Translations under genes and position numbers: made by a program
Notes under the pieces: model-generated
Seen by the model: only the letters and a program-made list of their open reading frames with translations
The model's database searches: none
Told to the model about the DNA's origin: nothing
Shown here: one piece after another, positions 29,358 to 38,554 of the stretch
How positions within the stretch are numbered: the stretch's first letter is position 1
Layout: every line of letters begins with the position of its first letter
Origin: Bacteroidia bacterium
GTDB lineage: Bacteria > Bacteroidota > Bacteroidia > Cytophagales > JAAEPT01
NCBI GenBank assembly: GCA_030431525.1
Contig: JAUIJC010000027.1
Span: 4,132-68,131 of the forward strand
Reading direction: 5' to 3'
Length of the DNA stretch: 64,000 bases

Positions 29358-29431
29358 AACGCTTTTCAGTTATTGATTATCGGTAAACAGGTATCGAAAC
29401 GATAGCCCAATAATAGTTCAAATTTGCGCGA

Positions 29432-29439
29432 CAAAGTTA
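29432..29439 (-). promoter_or_regulatory. Candidate -7 box (TAACTTTG) upstream of lpdA
   Basis: The + strand reads CAAAGTTA. It lies 75 nt from the start. Confidence 0.35.
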
Positions 29440-29474
29440 CCTAATGTCGCCTCGGGGTTCAAGTGCGGGAGGAG

Positions 29475-29502
29475 TTTAGACCTTAGACTTTAGAGATTAA
29501 CC
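29475..29502. repeat. Tandem heptamer array (NNNTTAG family)
   Basis: TTTAGAC CTTAGAC TTTAGAG ATTAACC, located between the ribE stop and the lpdA promoter box. Confidence 0.65.
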
Positions 29503-29521
29503 CAAAGTAGCGCTCTAAAAA

Positions 29522-30112
29522 TCATCCTTGGTTTTTCATAAATCGCTGGAGATACTTCCCAACAATATCAAACTCCAAATTGACCTCATCCCCCACTTTC
29601 ATCCTTCCCAAATTGGTGTGCTCCAAGGTGAAAGGAATGATGGCCACCTGGAAGGAGGATGCCGTCACATTAAATACTGTGAGGCTAATGCCATTCAAGG
29701 CGATAGACCCTTTCTCCACTACCAAGTTTCCCTCCTCTGGAGAAAACTCGAAAGAGAAAATGGTGCTTCCGTCTTGAGGTTCGATGTTCACGCAAGTTCC
29801 CATCTGGTCCACATGACCATAAACCATATGTCCGTCAAAACGGCCATCAGCGCGCATACAACGCTCAAGGTTGACAACATCACCCGATTTCAAAGAACCC
29901 AGTGCTGTCTTGGAGAGCGTTTCCTCTACTGCAGTCACCCAATAGCCTTCCTCATCGATTTGAGTGACCGTCAAGCAAACACCATTATGAGCAACACTTT
30001 GGTCAACTTTAAGCTCATTCGTGATGGCCGACTTAATCTTGAAATCAATATTTCCACCATTTGGATTCACTTCCTGAACGGTGGCAAGCGTCTCAATAAT
30101 TCCTGTAAACAT
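29522..30112 (-). CDS. ribE: Riboflavin synthase alpha chain
   Basis: 196 aa starting MFTGIIE..., with the duplicated lumazine-binding halves (GVCLTV / GISLTV). Confidence 0.9.
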   Translation of the reverse strand: MFTGIIETLATVQEVNPNGGNIDFKIKSAITNELKVDQSVAHNGVCLTVTQIDEEGYWVTAVEETLSKTALGSLKSGDVVNLERCMRADGRFDGHMVYGHVDQMGTCVNIEPQDGSTIFSFEFSPEEGNLVVEKGSIALNGISLTVFNVTASSFQVAIIPFTLEHTNLGRMKVGDEVNLEFDIVGKYLQRFMKNQG

Positions 30113-30153
30113 GGTCTCAGGTTAAATAGTTTGAGCTCGAATACTCTTTGGGC

Positions 30154-31575
30154 TTATTTGCCTTCACGGTACAATACCGTCTTGATGGTGTAGATGAAAA
30201 TGCGGAAATCCATCGCCAAGGACATATTCTCCAAATAGATGACATCGAACTTTAATCGACGTACCATCTCATCCACATTCTCGGCATAGCCGTACTTAAC
30301 TTGTCCCAAGGAAGTAATCCCAGGACGGACACGAAGCAAATAGCGATAATGCGGGGCGTGCTGAACAATTTGGTCGATGAAGAACTGACGTTCTGGACGT
30401 GGACCAACAATGGACATATCACCCTTCAGCACATTGAAGAACTGAGGAAGTTCATCCAGACGCGTTTGGCGCATCACCTTGCCCCAAGGCGTGATTCGTG
30501 GATCATCATCAGAAGACAGGGCCGGACCCATTTTTTCGGCATCCGTGTACATGCTTCGGAACTTGATGATTTTGAAAGGCTTTTCATGCCGTCCAATCCG
30601 CTCTTGATAAAAGAAAATTGGACCCTTGGACGACATTTTTGTAAGAATGGCAATGACAATCAGGAATGGCCCAGCCAACAGGAAGAATAATAAGGAGAAA
30701 GAAATGTCAAACACCCTTTTCAACACCTTCTGCCATGGCGGAAGCACATGTTGCTTCACCTCAACCAAAGGAATACCCAACAGGTGATTCACCCTGACCC
30801 TTCCCGTAAGAATGTTATAGAGGTCGGAGACGATACCGATTTTCACTCGGTCATCATCAATCATGTTCAAAATGTTAGCGATTCGCTCATGCTCGGAAGG
30901 CTCAATGGCAATAATGACCTGCTCTACATTGCAAAGCTTAATTAAGCGGGAAATATTTCTGTAGTCGCCAAAATGCCTAAGCTCATCGCTTAAAAGGTTC
31001 TTCGTTTTGTCGAACACATGAACGTAGCCAATAAAGCTTAACCCTAACTGTGAGTTAATCTTTTCAAGCTCCTTAATGATTTCCTTCGCCTTGACATTTG
31101 AGCCGACAATCAAGGTATTGAATTTAAGCTTTCCAGTGCGAATAAGCTTTTTGATATAGGAAAGAACAACTGCTTTCTCAAAAAGTAGAAGAAAGATATG
31201 GATACCACTGTAGGCAAAAAAGGTCTTGTAAAGGTCTGTATACTTCCCAACCCCCTCATCATTAATCAAAAGGGTAAAAAAGATAACCACAACTCCAGGA
31301 ACACTCACCCACAAAACCTGCAGCAGTTCCTTTACCCTTGACTTCCTATAAATGTCTTGGTAACAACCTGCCAAAGCATATAGCAGAACCCAAAACACAC
31401 CAACCAAAAGAGAGTTGGTGAGGGACTTGATTTGAAAGCCTACAATCTCCTCTGAAAGTAGATACTTCCGAAAATAAAAAAAGACATTCCATGCCACACA
31501 TGCAGCAAGAAAATCATAAAACAAAACCCACCCTATGTGAAACGCGCGCCTCAAAACAATCTGTTTTTGTCCCAA
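30154..31575 (-). CDS. Polyprenyl-phosphate sugar phosphotransferase (WbaP/EpsL-like initiating exopolysaccharide sugar transferase)
   Basis: Multiple N-terminal TMs and a C-terminal Bac_transf domain (FKIIKFRSM...RLDELPQFFNVLKGDMSIVGPRPE). Confidence 0.85.
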   Translation of the reverse strand: MGQKQIVLRRAFHIGWVLFYDFLAACVAWNVFFYFRKYLLSEEIVGFQIKSLTNSLLVGVFWVLLYALAGCYQDIYRKSRVKELLQVLWVSVPGVVVIFFTLLINDEGVGKYTDLYKTFFAYSGIHIFLLLFEKAVVLSYIKKLIRTGKLKFNTLIVGSNVKAKEIIKELEKINSQLGLSFIGYVHVFDKTKNLLSDELRHFGDYRNISRLIKLCNVEQVIIAIEPSEHERIANILNMIDDDRVKIGIVSDLYNILTGRVRVNHLLGIPLVEVKQHVLPPWQKVLKRVFDISFSLLFFLLAGPFLIVIAILTKMSSKGPIFFYQERIGRHEKPFKIIKFRSMYTDAEKMGPALSSDDDPRITPWGKVMRQTRLDELPQFFNVLKGDMSIVGPRPERQFFIDQIVQHAPHYRYLLRVRPGITSLGQVKYGYAENVDEMVRRLKFDVIYLENMSLAMDFRIFIYTIKTVLYREGK

Positions 31576-31594
31576 TCAAGGAATTAATAATCCG

Positions 31595-31602
31595 CAAAGA
31601 TA
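31595..31602 (-). promoter_or_regulatory. Candidate -7 box (TATCTTTG) upstream of the sugar transferase gene
   Basis: The + strand reads ccgCAAAGATAg. It lies 20 nt from the start. Confidence 0.35.
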
Positions 31603-31695
31603 GAGAACAATTACAGATAGTACACAGCGTAAAAAGACAAGTGATACCTAGGAAGATTGGTTTTAGCCACATAACGCAGTAATTTTACATACGTA

Positions 31696-32346
31696 ATGAT
31701 GGTCGATAACTACAAACATAAAGGGCTCAGAAACAACTTGGTTAAAACCCTAGAAAACAAGGGAATAACAGACCAAAGAGTTTTACAGGCAATTGGAAAT
31801 GTCCCTCGGCATCTTTTCTTTGACGAGGCGCTACTAAAATATGCCTATCAAGATAACGCCTTTCCTATTGGCGAAGGCCAAACTATTTCTCAGCCTTACA
31901 CGGTAGCCTTCCAAAGTCAACATTTGAATGTTCAACCTGGTCATTCGGTCTTAGAAATTGGAACAGGGTCTGGTTACCAGGCCTCGATCTTGTTAGAATT
32001 AGGAGCACGACTGTTTACCATTGAACGCCATGAAGCCCTACATTTGAAGGCATGTGAGTTGCTGGACAACTTGGGATACCATTATAGAGGTTTTTTAGGG
32101 GATGGTTCTCAAGGCCTACCCAACCTTGCCCCATTTGACCGAATTATAGTAACCGCTGGAGCCCCAGTAGTCCCTCATGAATTGCTGGAGCAACTAAATG
32201 TCAATGGTATTCTTCTTATTCCTGTTGGTGATGAGAAGGATCAAACCATGATGAAATTTACAAAAGTGGAACCCAACAAAGTTCTAAGAGAAGAATTGGG
32301 CAACTTTCAATTTGTCCCACTCGTTCGGGAAGATGGGTGGATGTGA
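31696..32346 (+). CDS. pcm: Protein-L-isoaspartate O-methyltransferase
   Basis: 216 aa with QTISQPY and the SAM motif VLEIGTGSGYQA. Confidence 0.9.
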   Translation: MMVDNYKHKGLRNNLVKTLENKGITDQRVLQAIGNVPRHLFFDEALLKYAYQDNAFPIGEGQTISQPYTVAFQSQHLNVQPGHSVLEIGTGSGYQASILLELGARLFTIERHEALHLKACELLDNLGYHYRGFLGDGSQGLPNLAPFDRIIVTAGAPVVPHELLEQLNVNGILLIPVGDEKDQTMMKFTKVEPNKVLREELGNFQFVPLVREDGWM

Positions 32347-32440
32347 TTTTTTCAGTTTAACAGTTTTTAATAAAGGCCATATTTTTCGTAAAGAAATTTA
32401 TTGGTGTAAATTTGAATCGACTTTCATAAAAACTTTGTCA

Positions 32441-33406
32441 ATGGGAACTTTTCTCAACCGCAGATTAAAGATATTCTTGGTTTTGCTACCATTGCTATCC
32501 GTATTGGCCTCCGAATCGATGGCTCAATATGTTAAGGGCCGAAGCACGATTACTGGTCGAAAAACCCGTCTCCACAAAAAAATGAGACGAAAAAAACCAG
32601 TCAACTACATCAATGCAATCAAGTTAGTTGCTGGAGGAGGCACAGCCTCCTATCTCGGAGATTTATGTGATGGTGGTGATTGCATCAGAGTAAGTGCCCA
32701 CGCCTCTTTAGGAATCTCTTATAGAATCTCAGAGAGTGTTTCTGTGAGAGCTGAAGGAATGTGGGTTCGTCTTTCTGGTCTGGATAAAGAGGATAGTCCA
32801 AATGCAGGACGAAATCTATCTTTCCGTGGTGATAATTTTGAATTCAACGCGATCGGGATTTATGACATTTTCGAGCAGCACAAAATGTATCGAAGGAGAC
32901 ACTTCATTAACCCTTATGTCTTTGCTGGTGTTGGTTTACTCCTTTACAATCCAACAGCTGAACTAAATGGGGAAAGGTATAAGCTTAAAGATTTTGATAC
33001 AGAAGGTGTAGATTATAGTGGAGTAACTTTCCTAATCCCTTACGGTGCTGGTTTCCGATTTGCAATTTCACCTCAAGTAAATGTTGGACTAGAGTTTACA
33101 TGGCGAAAAACATTCACTGACTATATTGATGATGTTAGTGACACTTATGACCCCAACTTCCTAGGGCAATCAAAAGAAGGAAACACAAAACTCCTTCTTT
33201 CAGATCGACGAGGCGACAGTCGTCCATATGGTGATAGAAATGACGATGGAGTTGCAGACAAACGAGGCAATCCTGACCGTGATGACAGCTATTTCACAGT
33301 TGGTGTTCGTTTGGACTACACTATTAAGGTGACTCGTCAGCACTACAACATCAACTCACATCGCTCTCGCTTTAGAATTATCAAAAGCTTGAAGACGAAA
33401 CGATAA
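32441..33406 (+). CDS. Outer-membrane beta-barrel protein (OmpA-N-like/DUF6089-like)
   Basis: The start was moved to ATG 32441 (MGTFLNRRLKIFLVLLPLLSVLASESMAQ, a signal peptide). It has alternating aromatic beta-strand patterns and ends near ...RFRIIKSLKTKR. Confidence 0.6.
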   Translation: MGTFLNRRLKIFLVLLPLLSVLASESMAQYVKGRSTITGRKTRLHKKMRRKKPVNYINAIKLVAGGGTASYLGDLCDGGDCIRVSAHASLGISYRISESVSVRAEGMWVRLSGLDKEDSPNAGRNLSFRGDNFEFNAIGIYDIFEQHKMYRRRHFINPYVFAGVGLLLYNPTAELNGERYKLKDFDTEGVDYSGVTFLIPYGAGFRFAISPQVNVGLEFTWRKTFTDYIDDVSDTYDPNFLGQSKEGNTKLLLSDRRGDSRPYGDRNDDGVADKRGNPDRDDSYFTVGVRLDYTIKVTRQHYNINSHRSRFRIIKSLKTKR

Positions 33407-33420
33407 TACTTTCCCTCATT

Positions 33421-33452
33421 AAAAAAAAAGCAGCCTTGAGGCTGCTTTTTTT
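33421..33452 (+). terminator. Intrinsic terminator after the OM beta-barrel gene
   Basis: aaaaaaaaagcagcc-ttga-ggctgcttttttt. Confidence 0.8.
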
Positions 33453-33467
33453 ATATCCAATAAAGTG

Positions 33468-33989
33468 ATGAGTGATAAAAAAAAACCACAGGAATCTTCC
33501 GTTGTCATGACGGAGATGGTACTCCCCAATGACACCAACCCTTTGGACAATCTGATGGGCGGTAGGTTAATGCATTGGATGGACATTGCCACAGCCATTT
33601 GTGCCCAAAGGCATTCCAATTGTGCTGTAGTGACAGCATCAGTAGATAATGTCTCCTTCAAGAACCCGATCCCTCTTGGTAGCATTGTTACCTTCCAAGC
33701 AAAGGTGACAAGAGCTTTCAGGACATCCATGGAAGTCCATCTTGAAGTATTTGCAGAACGTATTCCTGATATCCCGCGTTTTAAGAGCAACTCTGCATTC
33801 TTCACTTTTGTAGCCTTAGACGGAAGCAAGCGCCCTGTTCCAGCACCAGAGGTTGTCCCTTCTACCGAACATGAAAAGGAGTTGTTTGAGGGCGCCCTCA
33901 GAAGAAGAGAACTTCGATTGGTATTAGCAGGAAAAATGAAACCTCAAGATTCCGCTGCATTGAAGGCACTTTTCGGAGAGAATAACTAA
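33468..33989 (+). CDS. Acyl-CoA thioesterase (hotdog fold, YciA-like)
   Basis: VVMTEMVLPNDTNPLDNLMGGRLMHWMDIA...VTASVDNVSFKNPI is typical of acyl-CoA thioester hydrolases. Confidence 0.85.
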   Translation: MSDKKKPQESSVVMTEMVLPNDTNPLDNLMGGRLMHWMDIATAICAQRHSNCAVVTASVDNVSFKNPIPLGSIVTFQAKVTRAFRTSMEVHLEVFAERIPDIPRFKSNSAFFTFVALDGSKRPVPAPEVVPSTEHEKELFEGALRRRELRLVLAGKMKPQDSAALKALFGENN

Positions 33990-33995
33990 ATCATC

Positions 33996-34478
33996 ATGGA
34001 GAAGCTAAGCCAAGAAGCACTTGCCCTAATCTTCAATGAGCCTATTTACGCCTTGGGAAAAAAGAAGAAGGAGACTTCAGAAGCAGAAGACAACAAGGGT
34101 TACTTAGGTGAAAACGGTAAAAAGGTTCTCATTCTCGTCTCCTACCCCAATGCGCTTCATCTTCCAACCAAGGAACTTGCCCTGCTAGAAAACATTTTGA
34201 AAGCCCTTCAGATGGGTTTACAGGATGTAGCAGTCGTCAACCTTGCCAAAAACAAGAAAACCTATCAAGAGCTAGAGGTTGAGTTTCAATTTGAAAAATT
34301 GGTCCTCTTTAATGTAAATGCTTTTGAATTAGGCCTAAAGGACGTCAAGGTAAACCTATACGAACTCAACCTCGCCTCGGGCAAACAAATCCTTTCCAGC
34401 GACTCACTTGAAAAAATAAGCGCTGATTTCAACAAGAAAAAAGCGCTTTGGGCAGGTTTGCAACGGATGTTCTTGTAA
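33996..34478 (+). CDS. Hypothetical protein (160 aa)
   Basis: A clean ORF with an ATG start, lying 7 bp after the preceding gene. I recognise no motif. Confidence 0.5.
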   Translation: MEKLSQEALALIFNEPIYALGKKKKETSEAEDNKGYLGENGKKVLILVSYPNALHLPTKELALLENILKALQMGLQDVAVVNLAKNKKTYQELEVEFQFEKLVLFNVNAFELGLKDVKVNLYELNLASGKQILSSDSLEKISADFNKKKALWAGLQRMFL

Positions 34479-35615
34479 TCAGGAATTTAGCAAACCCACA
34501 ATTTCTTCTACACCATACTTATTAGAAAATGGAGTTAGAAAGTCCTCACGCTTCTTAATCTGTTCTTTTGAGAAGACTTGGCCCCAAGACTTCTCAACTG
34601 CTGATAAAATTTCATCAGCTGTATTAGCGACATTCACGACCTCTCCAAACTCCTCGCCTACCATTTCTCGATTTGCTATACAAAATCGTCCATTGTGAAG
34701 AACCCTCAACATTTTCAACTTCATTCCTGCTGACTGAAAGGAATACAGCACATGAACCTGTGCATTTAGCACAAATGACTGCATTTCTTCCTCAGTAGGA
34801 TTGGCTCGAAGTGATATATTATCATACTTCTCAACAAGAAATTCTATTTTTTTGGACGGATTCCGTCCAGCTATCACGAATGGGACATCGGTCTTTGCAA
34901 AGACCTCATTAACCAAGAAAATCACTGAGCGTTCGTTGTCAGAAACACTCAAATCACCTTGATATAGAGCATATTCCCCCATACCCTCCAAAATCTGGAC
35001 TTCATCACTTGGATGAAAAGCTGGAACCAAATTAACTAACGCTTTGGGATATCGATCCTTAAAGTATTTTTTGTCTTGAGCTGAAATTGCCAATAAGTGA
35101 GTTGCCGAAGCAACGGCCATACCCTCATAACGCATCAATCGCGCACTCTCCAAGGCGAAATACAACTTCTTCCAGACACTTGACTCTGTTTTGGCCAAGT
35201 GGGCATAATACTGCCACTCCACATTATGCATCCGCAGGAACTTCTTACGCCCTCTCAATGAAGGATGCCCCAAAAAATAAGAACAATGGAGCCCCTCAAA
35301 TAAGATTGGGTAATCATCACCTTGAAGACGTTCAAGGAGCTCTTTATTTCTCCTTGTTTTGACAATAAAAGGCAAAACGGATAGCTGATTTAACCAGCCT
35401 GTTTCCCGCTTATAATGGTGTACCTCTTCACAAATCTCCTTTAAAGCTGCAGCCTCTTCCCTACCATATTTGAAACAATGAAGGATTACCTTCACTCCCA
35501 GATCCCTTAAGGCAGAAATTTTGTAAAAGACATCAATGACACCACCATAATCTGCTGGATAAGGAACATTAAAGGATATAAGATGTAAATGCACAATAAT
35601 TGAAAATAAATGCAC
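34479..35615 (-). CDS. Glycosyltransferase (GT4/GT1-like)
   Basis: ISFNVPYPADYGGVIDVFYKISALRDLG is a conserved Bacteroidota GT N-terminus. There are two candidate GTG starts (35615, 35594) inside a perfect 21-bp tandem duplication. The stop codon abuts the stop of the convergent gene. Confidence 0.7.
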   Translation of the reverse strand: MHLFSIIVHLHLISFNVPYPADYGGVIDVFYKISALRDLGVKVILHCFKYGREEAAALKEICEEVHHYKRETGWLNQLSVLPFIVKTRRNKELLERLQGDDYPILFEGLHCSYFLGHPSLRGRKKFLRMHNVEWQYYAHLAKTESSVWKKLYFALESARLMRYEGMAVASATHLLAISAQDKKYFKDRYPKALVNLVPAFHPSDEVQILEGMGEYALYQGDLSVSDNERSVIFLVNEVFAKTDVPFVIAGRNPSKKIEFLVEKYDNISLRANPTEEEMQSFVLNAQVHVLYSFQSAGMKLKMLRVLHNGRFCIANREMVGEEFGEVVNVANTADEILSAVEKSWGQVFSKEQIKKREDFLTPFSNKYGVEEIVGLLNS

Positions 35616-35630
35616 AATAATTGAAAATAA
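35589..35630. repeat. Perfect 21-bp tandem duplication (atgcacaataattgaaaataa x2)
   Basis: Read directly. It covers both candidate GTG starts of the glycosyltransferase gene. Confidence 0.95.
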
Positions 35631-35666
35631 AAAAGCCGACTGGAACCTAATATCTCCCAGCCGGCC
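35627..35666 (-). terminator. Hairpin with a T-run after the TlpA-like gene
   Basis: gccgactgg / ccagccggc (one mismatch), with TTTTTTATTTT following on the minus strand. Confidence 0.55.
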
Positions 35667-35685
35667 AAAATGTTAAATACTTTTC

Positions 35686-36552
35686 TTACTCCCCCAACAA
35701 CTCACGTAACTTTCCCTCCAATTGGGCGCCTCGTAAATTCTTAGCCACGATTTTCCCCTCTGGGTCAAGCAAGTAGGTCATTGGAATACCAGAAACTTGA
35801 TATGGACCACTTGAGACGCCCTCCAAGTCAACCACGTGGATCCAATTCATTTGATTCTCTTCTGTAAACTTCTTCCATTTTGGAAGTGATTGCGCACCAC
35901 GCTCAAGGGCGACACCGTACACCTCAAAACCTTTATTCTTATACTTCTTGTAGGCCTCTACCACATGAGGAATCTCACGACGGCATGGACCACACCAAGT
36001 CGCCCAAAAATCAACCAACACATATTTTCCTCGGAGCGAATACAAGGAAACTGGTTTTCCCTCTTTGTTGGGAAGCTCAATGTTTGGAGGCGTACCACCC
36101 TCGGCCAAAACCTTAGCCGATTCATACATCGTTCGGAAATGCTCCGCGAAGGGGTCTTTGCTTTCCTTAATAGCAACAGAAAAGGAATCCAAGAAAGCCT
36201 TGTTAGCAGATGGGTTCTCCAAAAAGCCCTTTGCTATTTCGATAGCATTGGAGGAAGGGGCATATTTCAACGCAAAGGACTGAGCCTCTTCAACATACTT
36301 CACCTTTAGCTCCTCAATATGCGTCGCCAACTGGTTTGCTTCCTGCGCTTGACCAGACTGATAAAGCATCCGAGCCTTGGCAATTAAACGCTCAATTTCA
36401 GCTTGTTTATTCAAAACCGCCATATACTCCTGACTCTCGGAGGACATGACGTTATCTTCCACTTTAGCTTTATCTGAAGAGGATTTATCCCCCTCTCCTG
36501 ATCCACAGGAAACCAAAAAAGAGGCAATAAGTAATGAATAAAACAGGCGCAT
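35686..36552 (-). CDS. TlpA-like thiol:disulfide oxidoreductase lipoprotein (thioredoxin fold)
   Basis: Lipobox LVSCGSG and the thioredoxin active site VDFWATWCGPCRREIP. Confidence 0.85.
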   Translation of the reverse strand: MRLFYSLLIASFLVSCGSGEGDKSSSDKAKVEDNVMSSESQEYMAVLNKQAEIERLIAKARMLYQSGQAQEANQLATHIEELKVKYVEEAQSFALKYAPSSNAIEIAKGFLENPSANKAFLDSFSVAIKESKDPFAEHFRTMYESAKVLAEGGTPPNIELPNKEGKPVSLYSLRGKYVLVDFWATWCGPCRREIPHVVEAYKKYKNKGFEVYGVALERGAQSLPKWKKFTEENQMNWIHVVDLEGVSSGPYQVSGIPMTYLLDPEGKIVAKNLRGAQLEGKLRELLGE

Positions 36553-36574
36553 AGCGTTTGGTATTTATTTATCG

Positions 36575-36614
36575 AAAAAACGGAGTTCTCCAATTTGAAA
36601 AACTCCGTCTTTTT
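36575..36614 (-). terminator. Intrinsic terminator after gatB
   Basis: aaaaaacggagtt-...-aactccgtcttttt. Confidence 0.75.
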
Positions 36615-36620
36615 CATGCA

Positions 36621-38078
36621 TTAATTCAATTTTTCCTCGAGCAACTTAGAAGCAAGCTTTGGATCCGCCTTCCCCTTACTCTTCTTCATCACCTGACCCA
36701 TAAACATTCCCAACAAGCCTTTCTTACCATTCTTATACTCCTCCACTTTTGCTGGGTTCGAAGCAATCACCTCATCTACGATGGCAGAAATAGCATCTTC
36801 ATCGCCCTCCTGCAACAAGTCAAGCTCCTTAGCCAATGCCTCAACATCCTTTTCAGGCGCATCCAGCAAGGCAGGGAAAAGGCGTTGCTCAGCCACGGAG
36901 TTACTCACCTTTCCATCAGCAATCAAGGCAATCAAATCCGCCAACTTTTCAACGCTAATTGGGAATTGAGCAATGGTCAAAGCACGTTCGTTCACGTATG
37001 ATTTGACTGGGCCCATCACCCAGTTCGAAGCCTGCTTGTACTTGTCAGTCTTCTCACAAAGTGACTCAAAGAACAAGGCCACGTCCTTTTGCTCGGTCAA
37101 TACCTTGGCATCATACTCCGGCAATTTGAACTGCTCAGTGAACTTAGCAATGAGTTGGTGTGGCAAGCTCGGCATATCCGCCTTGACACGGTCAATCCAA
37201 GCTTTATCAACAATTACTGGTTGCAAATCTGGCTCAGGGAAATAACGATAATCGTTAGCATCCTCCTTGGAACGCATCGCGCGAGTTGTACCCGTTTCGG
37301 CATCAAACAACCGAGTCTGTTGCAAAATAGGCTCACCATTTTCTACGAGTTCAATCTGACGGTCAATCTCGAATTCGATGGCGCGTTGTACGTTACGGAT
37401 GGAGTTCATGTTCTTCACCTCGCAACGCTTTCCGAACTCAGTAGCATCCTTGAGCATCACCGAAACGTTGGCATCGCAACGCAATGAACCCTCGTCCATG
37501 TTACCATCTGAAATCTCAAGGTAGCGAACAAACTTTCGGACTTCTGTGACAAATGCACCAGCCTCTTCCGCGGTGCGGATGCATGGCTTGGTTACAATCT
37601 CCAAAAGAGGCGTCCCGGCACGGTTTAGGTCGAGCAATGACTCGTCCTCGCCCTCCAAGTGAAGAGATTTACCCGTATCCTCCTCCATGTGCACTCGCTC
37701 CAGCTCAATGCGCTTTTGCGAACCATCCTTCAATGTGATGTCCACAAAACCACCACGAACAATCGGCGTGGCGTCCTGCGTCACCTGATAGCCCTTCGGA
37801 AGGTCAGGATAAAAGTAGTTCTTGCGGTCATAACGGTTCACCTCAGTGATTTCACCATTGAGGGCCAAACCCAACTTGATCGCATGGTTAAACACCTGCT
37901 TGTTAGAACGCGGAAGTGTACCCGGATGGGCCAAGGTAATTACGCTAACATTGGTGTTTGGCAGACTACCATACTCGTTTGGGTCCGAAGAATATGCCTT
38001 CGTATTGGTCAACAGCTGGACGTGAATCTCCAGACCAATGACCTCCTGATATTTATCCCGAATCTCTGGACTAACCAT
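36621..38078 (-). CDS. gatB: Asp-tRNA(Asn)/Glu-tRNA(Gln) amidotransferase subunit B
   Basis: The start was moved to ATG 38078 (MVSPEIRDKYQEVIGLEIHVQL...). It shows the full-length GatB pattern, including the C-terminal YqeY-like tail. Confidence 0.95.
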   Translation of the reverse strand: MVSPEIRDKYQEVIGLEIHVQLLTNTKAYSSDPNEYGSLPNTNVSVITLAHPGTLPRSNKQVFNHAIKLGLALNGEITEVNRYDRKNYFYPDLPKGYQVTQDATPIVRGGFVDITLKDGSQKRIELERVHMEEDTGKSLHLEGEDESLLDLNRAGTPLLEIVTKPCIRTAEEAGAFVTEVRKFVRYLEISDGNMDEGSLRCDANVSVMLKDATEFGKRCEVKNMNSIRNVQRAIEFEIDRQIELVENGEPILQQTRLFDAETGTTRAMRSKEDANDYRYFPEPDLQPVIVDKAWIDRVKADMPSLPHQLIAKFTEQFKLPEYDAKVLTEQKDVALFFESLCEKTDKYKQASNWVMGPVKSYVNERALTIAQFPISVEKLADLIALIADGKVSNSVAEQRLFPALLDAPEKDVEALAKELDLLQEGDEDAISAIVDEVIASNPAKVEEYKNGKKGLLGMFMGQVMKKSKGKADPKLASKLLEEKLN

Positions 38079-38093
38079 TTCTATATTTTTTTG

Positions 38094-38168
38094 GTAGCAA
38101 GTACCAAGACACAAGTATCATGACTCTTAATGGAATCTTGCTACTTGCGTCCTGCTACTTGATACTTC
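38094..38168. repeat. Inverted pair of tandem heptamer arrays (unit CTTGCTA / TAGCAAG)
   Basis: The left arm is GTAGCAA GTACCAA GACACAA GTATCAT. The right arm is CTTGCTA CTTGCGT CCTGCTA CTTGATA. I count 22/28 complementary positions. Confidence 0.85.
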
Positions 38169-38173
38169 TTTAA

Positions 38174-38554
38174 TCAAACCAATTCGCCAGCTTTGGCCAC
38201 AACAGCATCCAAACCACCAAGGTCCTTACCACCAGCCGTAGCGTAGAAAGCTTGGCCTCCACCGCCACCTTTGATTTCCTTGGCCAACTCACGAACCAAC
38301 TGGCCTGCGTTCAAGCCTTTTTCCTCAACCAAAGAATCGGAAACCATCACCGTGATTTGAGGCTTTCCATCAATATCAGCGGCTAATACCATAAACAGCT
38401 TATCGAACTGCTTGCGGAAGTCAAAGGCGATGTTCTTGATGCCCTCAGCGCTGTCCGTGGAAACTTTCTCAATCAAAACATTGAGGCCGTTTTTCTCGGA
38501 TACTTTGTTCAACAAGTTTTGCTTCAAAGCTTTTGATTGCTCCTTTTGGAAAAC
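38174..38554 (-). CDS. alaS: alaS C-terminal (C-Ala/DHHA1-like) segment, in the same frame as the main ORF and separated from it by one TAG codon
   Basis: The frame continues ...NKLTKQG*VFQKEQSKALKQNLLNKVSEKNGLNVL...ELAKEIKGGGGGQAFYATAGGKD. The GGGG(K/Q)..A.A.G motif is the AlaRS C-terminal signature. Confidence 0.75.
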   Translation of the reverse strand, partial: VFQKEQSKALKQNLLNKVSEKNGLNVLIEKVSTDSAEGIKNIAFDFRKQFDKLFMVLAADIDGKPQITVMVSDSLVEEKGLNAGQLVRELAKEIKGGGGGQAFYATAGGKDLGGLDAVVAKAGELV

